Notes under the pieces: generated by a model
Seen by the model: only the letters and a program-made list of their open reading frames with translations
Database searches by the model: none
What the model was told of the DNA's origin: nothing
Assembly (NCBI RefSeq): GCF_000021865.1
Contig: NC_014034.1
Coordinates: 1,140,001 to 1,172,000, forward strand
Source of the DNA: Rhodobacter capsulatus SB 1003
Lineage (GTDB): Bacteria; Pseudomonadota; Alphaproteobacteria; Rhodobacterales; Rhodobacteraceae
Direction of reading: 5' to 3'
DNA: 32,000 nucleotides
Program-made: the position numbers and the translations under genes
In this document: positions 1 to 5,956 of the stretch, piece after piece
Layout of the letters: each line of letters starts with the position of its first letter
How positions within the stretch are numbered: position 1 is the first letter of the stretch

Positions 1-70
1 CAGGACCGCGCCGAGGCCGTCCGGGCCGGGGGCCGGGGGCGACAAGGCCCCGGAGCCGGCGCGCCGGACC

Positions 71-562
71 TCAGGCATCGTCGAGTTCATAAAGGAACTC
101 GCCCAGAAGCGCGGCGTAATGCTGCCGGACGGCGGCAATGCGCGCCTGCAATTCGAGCGCCTGACCGTAAAGCTCTGCCGCCGACAGCCCGGCCCCGCCC
201 AGCTTCGCCTGCGGACGCACATCCTGCGCCGGATCGAAGGCTTCGAATTGCGAAATCGCCTCGTCCAGCGTGTCGGCCTGCCAGGCGCGGAACACGTCGC
301 GCTCGTCCACCGAGGAGAAGAAGGTCTTGATCGCCGTCACGAACCCGCCATCGGCGGTGCGGAACAGGTTGATCTCGTACCAGTAGGGCAGATCGGGCGT
401 GAAGCTCATCGCCATGCCCAGTTCCGCGCCGCGGAATTGCAGCGGGCGCGCACCGACGCGGCGCAGGCTGTAATCCAGCATCGAGGGATCTCCATACGGG
501 GCGGTTTCCTCGTAAGCCTGTTGGGGAGCCGCGAATTGCTTGCTTTCCGTCATATAGGCCAT
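71..562 (-). CDS. hypothetical protein, 163 aa; last gene of the pyp operon
   Basis: ATG at 562-560 with GGAGG (rc of 567-571) 4 nt upstream. It starts 16 nt after the stop of the upstream ORF. The sequence looks like a real globular protein, whereas the overlapping + strand ORF (119..1054) is Arg/Pro/Gly-rich antisense junk. No family recognised. Confidence 0.6.
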   Translation of the reverse strand: MAYMTESKQFAAPQQAYEETAPYGDPSMLDYSLRRVGARPLQFRGAELGMAMSFTPDLPYWYEINLFRTADGGFVTAIKTFFSSVDERDVFRAWQADTLDEAISQFEAFDPAQDVRPQAKLGGAGLSAAELYGQALELQARIAAVRQHYAALLGEFLYELDDA

Positions 563-578
563 GATGCCTCCAAGTCTG

Positions 579-1238
579 TCACTGTTGAACCGTGCCCCGC
601 AGATGCGACATCAGCCGCCGCGGCGCTTGGCCGAAGAAGGTTTCCATTGCCCCCCGCTCGGCCTCGCTTGGCGTCAGGCCAACCGGATCGAGCAGCAGGA
701 CCAGAGGATCGAGCCCCGCCAGCAGCCGGGGCAGTTGCGCCAGATCCGTCACCCGCCGCGCCAGATGCATCGGACGGGCGGCCGCGACCCCCTCGATCTC
801 GCGCTGGGCCGCGAGGACAAGGCTGTCGTCGGCGCTCAGATAAAGCGCCAGGTGCTGGCGGACCGTCACCGGGCAGTCTGCCAGCTGCAAATCGGCCGCG
901 TCCGTCTCTTCGAGCAAGGCGGCGCCCAGAAACACGAGCGGGCGCGCGCCGTCCCGACGCAGGCGGATCCGTTCGCGCAGCGCCAAAGGGCAGGTGTCGG
1001 TGTCCCCGGCGTCGGGGGGCGGCGCCGTCACCGGCCCTTGCGCCTGCGGCCTGAGTTCCGGTTCCGGCAGAAGCGGGGCCCCCTGCCGGACCGGCGCCGC
1101 AGCGGCCCTTTCGGGCGGGCGGGCCGGCGTCGGCAGCCTGTCGGATCCCCCGGCCGGGTCCCGCCCCCGACCCGCGCGCCGCAGCTGCAGCAGCGCGGGC
1201 GAGATCGAGACGGAGATGTCGGGCCGGGGTGCGGCCAC
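579..1238 (-). CDS. hypothetical protein, up to 219 aa (GTG start; true start uncertain); shares a conserved core with the 163-aa ORF
   Basis: The frame has high third-position G+C (17/20 and 18/20 in two hand-checked stretches). GTG at 1238-1236 lies 3 nt after the pyp stop (1244-1242). The N-terminal third is Pro/Ala/Arg-rich and the C-terminal part looks globular. The opposite-strand ORF 561..1643 is Arg-rich junk. Confidence 0.5.
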   Translation of the reverse strand: MAAPRPDISVSISPALLQLRRAGRGRDPAGGSDRLPTPARPPERAAAAPVRQGAPLLPEPELRPQAQGPVTAPPPDAGDTDTCPLALRERIRLRRDGARPLVFLGAALLEETDAADLQLADCPVTVRQHLALYLSADDSLVLAAQREIEGVAAARPMHLARRVTDLAQLPRLLAGLDPLVLLLDPVGLTPSEAERGAMETFFGQAPRRLMSHLRGTVQQ

Positions 1239-1241
1239 GGC

Positions 1242-1616
1242 TCAGGCCCGCTTCACGAAGAGCCAGCAGAACTGGCCGTCGGGTTGGGACTTGAGGTGGA
1301 TCTTCACCGCCACTTCGGCGCCCTTGTAATTGAACTTGTAGTCCAGCATCACATTGGCCTGGCCGGTGCGGTTGAATTTCAGGAATTCCCCGTGGAACCG
1401 CTTGCCCTTGGCGCAGGGCGCGATCTCGTTGAAGAAATCGCGGCCGATCACCGTCGAGGGATCGCGGCCCGCGATCAGCCCCTCGGCCTTGTTGTATTTG
1501 GCGATCCGCCCCATGCGGTCGAGAAGCACGGCGCCGAACGGCAGGCTTTCCGCACGCGCGGGCTCGCGCGCCAGGATGTTGTCGATGTCGTTCGTCCCGA
1601 ACGGAATGATTTCCAT
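1242..1616 (-). CDS. pyp: photoactive yellow protein (PAS-fold p-coumaric-acid photoreceptor), 124 aa
   Basis: MEIIPFGTNDIDNIL...YNKAEGLIAGRDP...FFNEIAPCAKG...WLFVKRA aligns along its full length with Halorhodospira PYP as I remember it. Chromophore Cys (APC), Tyr42, Glu46 and Arg52 equivalents are present. ATG at 1616-1614 with GAGGAA upstream. The longer track ORF (to 1811) is an artefactual N-terminal extension. Confidence 0.95.
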   Translation of the reverse strand: MEIIPFGTNDIDNILAREPARAESLPFGAVLLDRMGRIAKYNKAEGLIAGRDPSTVIGRDFFNEIAPCAKGKRFHGEFLKFNRTGQANVMLDYKFNYKGAEVAVKIHLKSQPDGQFCWLFVKRA

Positions 1617-1639
1617 GTTCTTTCCTCGCGCAGGTTGAA

Positions 1640-2068
1640 TTAGTGGCCGCTGGTGTCGACGCCGTTCTCGTTGTCGAGAAAGCTGTCGTTGCGGGTCATG
1701 GACATGTCGTGCACCCGGGTGACGGGATTGCCGTCGAACGTGGCGCAGTGCTTGGCGCGGCCCTCGGGGGCAACCCAGCGGTAGTCGGTCCGGCCCATCG
1801 TCACCACGCATTGCGGGATGATTTCGAACCGTTCCTTGGCGTCGTATTTGACCGAGTCGATCTCGATCTCCGAGGCTTCGCCGAATTCGACGAGCGCCTG
1901 CAGTTCATCGATCTTCGAGTCGACCTCGCGTCTGGCGACGATCCCCACCATCTCGGCGGCCGCCGCCATGACCCATTCCGGGAAGTCGCCCGTCACCCGC
2001 AGGTTCAGGGTGTCGCTACGGAAGGTGTAGCGCCCGTTATCGGTCATCAGCTGTCCAACAATATCCAT
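1640..2068 (-). CDS. hypothetical acidic protein, 142 aa; first gene of the pyp operon
   Basis: ATG at 2068-2066 (MDIVGQLMTDNGRYTF...) with GGAGAGGAG upstream. The TAA stop at 1642-1640 lies 23 nt before the pyp ATG. No family recognised. An alternative start at Met38 is possible. Confidence 0.6.
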   Translation of the reverse strand: MDIVGQLMTDNGRYTFRSDTLNLRVTGDFPEWVMAAAAEMVGIVARREVDSKIDELQALVEFGEASEIEIDSVKYDAKERFEIIPQCVVTMGRTDYRWVAPEGRAKHCATFDGNPVTRVHDMSMTRNDSFLDNENGVDTSGH

Positions 2069-2162
2069 CCGTAGCTCACTCCTCTCCAACTTGCAGGCCC
2101 GCCCTTCGAGGCGACCCAGTCGAACTTGCGGAAAAAGGTGGGCCCAAGGCTTGAACAAATCG

Positions 2163-2186
2163 CTAAAACGCGCGAGCCTGTTTTAG
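2163..2186. promoter_or_regulatory. AT-rich inverted repeat CTAAAAC-N10-GTTTTAG in the divergent promoter region upstream of the pyp operon
   Basis: Arms 2163-2169 and 2180-2186 are exact reverse complements. They lie in the 138-bp gap between the 142-aa ORF (-) and a small + strand ORF. Confidence 0.25.
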
Positions 2187-2206
2187 GCAAATCGAGGAAA
2201 TGGAAA

Positions 2207-2374
2207 ATGGCGGGTTACTCCTGGCAACCCCTCATCAGGCTGACGGTCGTGCCGGACGGGGCGGCGGAGCTGATTTATGTCTTCTCTGATCGCGCGCGCG
2301 CGAGCGAGATGGTCCGTTACCTGTCGGATTTCTTTCCCGGGGCGCAAATGCGGATTTCCGAAACTTTCAACTGA
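2207..2374 (+). CDS. possible small protein, 55 aa
   Basis: ATG at 2207 with AGGAA about 9 nt upstream. It is followed by hairpins and a T-run at 2392-2438. Short, with no recognisable family, so weak. Confidence 0.3.
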   Translation: MAGYSWQPLIRLTVVPDGAAELIYVFSDRARASEMVRYLSDFFPGAQMRISETFN

Positions 2375-2391
2375 CGGTTGATGAAAGATGA

Positions 2392-2438
2392 CTTTCCGGG
2401 GTGTTTTCCCCCGGGAAAAGCCGTTTACGGCTATTTTA
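2392..2438 (+). terminator. tandem hairpins followed by ATTTTA; candidate rho-independent terminator
   Basis: An imperfect stem (ccgggg...ccccgg) is followed by AGCCG-TTTA-CGGCT (2419-2432) and then ATTTTA. Confidence 0.3.
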
Positions 2439-2490
2439 CGGCGCTCGCGTCTACTCGCCTGATGAGTGCAGACAGCCCCCAGGCCGAATC

Positions 2491-2943
2491 ATGAGCAAGA
2501 AATCCCGCGCAACCGGCCCTGCAAGGTCCCCCGGTGTCGCAGCTCCGAAGCGCAAGGCGCAGCCCGAGGCGCGGGCCGCGGCCGCGCCTGCCGAGGTGCT
2601 GTGCGCGCTGTGCTGGGATCGCACCGATCCCGCGGCCGGACAGATCCTGCTGTGCCGGGACGCGGCCGGAGGCTTTGCCGGATCGGTCGTCCTGCCCGGG
2701 ATGCAGGCGATGCAGCGCCGTGCCGAGGATCTGGCGACGCTGATCTGCTGGCTTGAAGCGCTGCAGGCCCCCGCCCGTCCGCCGGGCGTCGAGGCGGGCT
2801 GCTCCGCCGAGTGTCTGGCCGAGGATCGGCTGGAGGATCTTCTGCTTCTCGCGGCCAATCGGGCGCTGCAGGACAAGTTTGACCAGTTGCGGGGCGAGGC
2901 GCTTGCGCTCTGGAGCGACATCGAAGGGAAGGATTGCCGATGA
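2491..2943 (+). CDS. hypothetical protein, 150 aa
   Basis: ATG at 2491 (MSKKSRATGPAR...). The stop overlaps the next ORF start in an ATGA (2940-2943). No family recognised. Confidence 0.5.
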   Translation: MSKKSRATGPARSPGVAAPKRKAQPEARAAAAPAEVLCALCWDRTDPAAGQILLCRDAAGGFAGSVVLPGMQAMQRRAEDLATLICWLEALQAPARPPGVEAGCSAECLAEDRLEDLLLLAANRALQDKFDQLRGEALALWSDIEGKDCR

Positions 2944-3875
2944 CCGAGGGGTTCACCGCCTATCGCGCGCGCGCCGCATTCGTGCGCGGGGCGGCGCGCG
3001 ATCATTTGCGCCAGCTGCGCATGGAGCGCATTGCGGCCCGGGAGGCGGCGCGTGCGCCAGAAAGCGGGACCGAGAGCGGGACAGAGCCCGCCCCCGAGCC
3101 CGCAGAGGAGGCCGTCCTTCTCCCCGCGCCGGAGATCGAGGCCGCCGGGACGCCCGCGCCGGAGCCCGCCGTCGCAACTGCCCCGGAGACCGCCGTCGCA
3201 GCGGCCCCGGAGCCGCCCGCACCCGAACCCGCGGCCCTTCCGCCGCCGGCGCAGGCCCGGCCCGGGGTGCCGCTCTCGCCGGGCATGCGCCGGATGCTGC
3301 AGGCGCGCGCCCGGGCGGCGGAGACGGCCGAAGATCCGGTCGCCGAGGCGCCGATGGCGGAGATCCCGGCTGCGGATTGCGTGACGGCGGAGCCCGCGGC
3401 GACGGAATGCCCGGTCGCGCCGGAACGTCCCGCCCTTGCGGCTTTGGAGGGGGCGACCGGGGCGGAAGACCCGTGTTGCGCCGCGCCGGAGCCGCCGTCC
3501 GAGCCCGAGGTCGGCGCGGCCGAAGACGTTGCCCTGCCGGAGGCGCCGATGCCGGACCCGGAGCTCGCCGCCGATGCCGCCGCGGTCCCAAGTGCCGCGG
3601 ATCCCGCGGCGGAGATTTCCGGCGCGCCGTCCGAGACGCACACGCCCTGCGCGAGTGCGGCAGAGGGCGCCGCGGAGGATCGCAGATCGGATCTCGCACG
3701 TCTGCCCGGGGCGGGTCCGGGGCTGATCTGGATGCTGAAGGAATGCGACATCCACCGGCTGGAAGACCTTGCCGCCGCGGATTGCGCCGAATTGACGGCG
3801 CGGATGGGGCTGGCGGGACGGATTCTGGATCTGGGCGGCTGGATCGCTTTCGCGCGCGCGGCCGATCGGCATTAA
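2940..3875 (+). CDS. Pro/Ala/Glu-rich low-complexity protein with a C-terminal helix-hairpin-helix-like module, about 311 aa
   Basis: ATGA start/stop overlap with the upstream ORF. It has a long (A/E/P)n tract (ESGTESGTEPAPEPAEE..., APEPAVATAPETAVAAAPEPPAPEPA). The C-terminus, DLARLPGAGPGLIWMLKECDIHRLEDLAAADCAELTARMGLAGRI, resembles the HhH tail seen on some alphaproteobacterial NuoE/L21-type proteins (from memory). Confidence 0.55.
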   Translation: MTEGFTAYRARAAFVRGAARDHLRQLRMERIAAREAARAPESGTESGTEPAPEPAEEAVLLPAPEIEAAGTPAPEPAVATAPETAVAAAPEPPAPEPAALPPPAQARPGVPLSPGMRRMLQARARAAETAEDPVAEAPMAEIPAADCVTAEPAATECPVAPERPALAALEGATGAEDPCCAAPEPPSEPEVGAAEDVALPEAPMPDPELAADAAAVPSAADPAAEISGAPSETHTPCASAAEGAAEDRRSDLARLPGAGPGLIWMLKECDIHRLEDLAAADCAELTARMGLAGRILDLGGWIAFARAADRH

Positions 3876-3929
3876 CCCTGCGTTAGCCATGTTGCCGCTA
3901 TGCTCGATGCAACCATCGGGAGAAAGCGG

Positions 3930-5525
3930 ATGACCCTGCAGTCACAGACGGCCAAGGACTGCCTCGCGCTGGACGGGGCGCTGACACTTGTCCAATGCGA
4001 GGCCATCGCGACACATCGCAGCCGGATTTCGGTGACCCCCGCGCTGCGCGAGCGCTGCGCGCGGGCCCATGCCCGGCTTGAGCACGCCATCGCCGAGCAG
4101 CGCCACATTTACGGCATCACCACCGGCTTCGGCCCGCTGGCGAACCGTCTGATCGGGGCCGATCAGGGGGCGGAGCTGCAGCAGAACCTGATCTATCATC
4201 TGGCCACCGGCGTCGGGCCGAAACTGAGCTGGGCCGAGGCGCGGGCGTTGATGCTGGCGCGGCTCAACTCGATCCTGCAAGGCGCGTCGGGGGCCTCGCC
4301 GGAGACGATCGACCGGATCGTTGCGGTGCTCAATGCGGGGTTTGCCCCCGAGGTTCCGGCGCAGGGAACGGTGGGCGCCTCGGGCGATCTGACCCCGCTT
4401 GCGCATATGGTGCTGGCGCTGCAGGGACGGGGGCGGATGATCGACCCCTCGGGCCGCGTGCAGGAGGCCGGGGCGGTGATGGATCGGCTCTGCGGCGGTC
4501 CGCTGACGCTGGCGGCCCGTGACGGGCTGGCGCTGGTGAATGGCACCTCGGCGATGACCGCGATTGCGGCCCTGACCGGGGTCGAGGCGGCGCGGGCGAT
4601 CGACGCCGCGCTTCGGCACAGCGCGGTCCTGATGGAGGTCTTGTCCGGTCATGCCGAAGCCTGGCATCCGGCTTTCGCAGAGCTGCGCCCGCATCCGGGG
4701 CAGCTGCGGGCGACCGAGCGGCTGGCGCAGGCGCTGGATGGGGCGGGGCGGGTCTGTCGGACCCTGACCGCGGCGCGGCGGCTGACCGCCGCGGATCTGC
4801 GGCCCGAAGATCATCCGGCGCAGGATGCCTACAGTCTGCGCGTGGTGCCGCAACTGGTCGGCGCGGTCTGGGACACGCTGGACTGGCACGATCGTGTCGT
4901 CACCTGCGAGCTCAATTCCGTCACCGACAATCCGATCTTTCCCGAGGGCTGCGCGGTGCCCGCCCTGCACGGCGGCAATTTCATGGGCGTGCATGTCGCC
5001 CTTGCCTCCGATGCGCTGAACGCGGCGCTGGTGACGCTGGCGGGCCTGGTCGAGCGTCAGATCGCCCGGCTGACCGACGAAAAGCTGAACAAGGGCCTGC
5101 CCGCCTTCCTGCACGGGGGGCAGGCGGGGCTGCAATCGGGCTTCATGGGGGCGCAGGTCACGGCGACGGCGCTTCTGGCGGAAATGCGGGCGAATGCCAC
5201 GCCGGTTTCGGTGCAGTCGCTGTCGACCAATGGCGCCAATCAGGATGTGGTCTCGATGGGAACGATTGCCGCGCGGAGGGCGCGGGCGCAGCTGCTGCCC
5301 CTGTCGCAGATCCAGGCGATCCTGGCGCTTGCCCTTGCCCAGGCGATGGATCTGCTTGACGACCCCGAGGGGCAGGCCGGATGGTCGCTTACGGCGCGGG
5401 ATCTGCGGGACCGGATCCGGGCGGTCTCGCCCGGGCTTCGCGCCGACAGACCGCTTGCCGGGCATATCGAAGCGGTGGCACAGGGTCTGCGTCATCCCTC
5501 CGCCGCCGCCGATCCCCCGGCATGA
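3930..5525 (+). CDS. tal: tyrosine ammonia-lyase (MIO-dependent aromatic amino-acid lyase), 531 aa
   Basis: Full-length HAL/PAL/TAL family. It carries the MIO-forming Ala-Ser-Gly triad (GTVGASGDLTPLAHM) and the His-Leu selectivity pair in LIYHLATG, which is typical of Tyr-specific enzymes. ATG at 3930 with GGGAGAA upstream. Context next to pyp. Confidence 0.95.
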   Translation: MTLQSQTAKDCLALDGALTLVQCEAIATHRSRISVTPALRERCARAHARLEHAIAEQRHIYGITTGFGPLANRLIGADQGAELQQNLIYHLATGVGPKLSWAEARALMLARLNSILQGASGASPETIDRIVAVLNAGFAPEVPAQGTVGASGDLTPLAHMVLALQGRGRMIDPSGRVQEAGAVMDRLCGGPLTLAARDGLALVNGTSAMTAIAALTGVEAARAIDAALRHSAVLMEVLSGHAEAWHPAFAELRPHPGQLRATERLAQALDGAGRVCRTLTAARRLTAADLRPEDHPAQDAYSLRVVPQLVGAVWDTLDWHDRVVTCELNSVTDNPIFPEGCAVPALHGGNFMGVHVALASDALNAALVTLAGLVERQIARLTDEKLNKGLPAFLHGGQAGLQSGFMGAQVTATALLAEMRANATPVSVQSLSTNGANQDVVSMGTIAARRARAQLLPLSQIQAILALALAQAMDLLDDPEGQAGWSLTARDLRDRIRAVSPGLRADRPLAGHIEAVAQGLRHPSAAADPPA

Positions 5526-5534
5526 CGATCCGGA

Positions 5535-5747
5535 TCAGGGGGTCTGCGGATCGACCGTAAGCCCGATGGCCTCGGCATATTTCAGCCAGGTTTCGACCGA
5601 CGCGACGACGGCACGCAGTTCGATCGCCAGCAGTTCGATCCCGACAAGGGAAATCCGGACGAAGGCATCGACAACGATGCCCTTGTCGAGAACACGGTCG
5701 ATGACTTCGGCGATGCTGGCCGAAGCAAGGCTCTTTTCGATGGCCAT
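5535..5747 (-). CDS. gvpA: gas vesicle structural protein GvpA, 70 aa
   Basis: [63 protein letters not shown] is the canonical GvpA signature. ATG at 5747-5745 with GGAGAG upstream. Confidence 0.95.
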   Translation of the reverse strand: MAIEKSLASASIAEVIDRVLDKGIVVDAFVRISLVGIELLAIELRAVVASVETWLKYAEAIGLTVDPQTP

Positions 5748-5885
5748 AGGGCTCTCCTCAGGTTGTGAAACGGGCATTCTGTCTGCCCCAAACTACTTTA
5801 GGATGAAGGGCTTAAACCGCCGTAAATCCGCGAATAACCGAAGTGCCCAATCATGTTTAACTGCAAGCATGGTTCGCGAATGGAT

Positions 5886-5918
5886 AATCAAAAAGGCCGC
5901 GGGAAATTGCGCGGCCTT
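5886..5918 (-). terminator. rho-independent terminator of the chemoreceptor gene
   Basis: 9-bp stem AAGGCCGCG (5893-5901) / CGCGGCCTT (5910-5918) with an 8-nt loop. On the minus strand it is followed by TTTTTGATT. It lies 39 nt downstream of the stop at 5957. Confidence 0.6.
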
Positions 5919-5956
5919 CGGAGAGAAAATATATCGGGGCGGACTGGGTTTAACCC

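Noticed and set aside
1-70. GC-rich hairpin (CCGGGG-N9-CCCCGG) downstream of the 163-aa ORF, and a possible partial gene at the window edge
   Set aside because: There is no U-tract on the minus strand and the sequence context is too short. No supportable ORF exists in the first 70 nt.
119-1643. Long + strand ORFs (119..1054, 561..1643, 592..843, 994..1329) overlapping the pyp operon
   Set aside because: Their translations are Arg/Pro/Gly/Ala-rich strings typical of antisense frames in high-GC DNA. The minus-strand frames give protein-like sequences (including an unambiguous PYP) and have SD sequences.
2451-5495. Very long minus-strand ORFs (2451..3890, 479 aa; 3942..5495, 517 aa; plus 2953..3699 and 3002..3751)
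   Set aside because: They lie antisense to the clearly recognisable TAL gene and to the upstream + strand ORFs. Their composition is dominated by R/G/P/A. No motifs were recognised.
5748-5890. Possible sigma-54-like or CtrA-like elements in the gvpA upstream region (minus-strand GGGCAC-N5-TTAT and TTAAAC strings)
   Set aside because: The -12 element does not match (TTAT instead of TTGC), and no TTAA-N7-TTAA pair is present. The resemblance is too weak to call.
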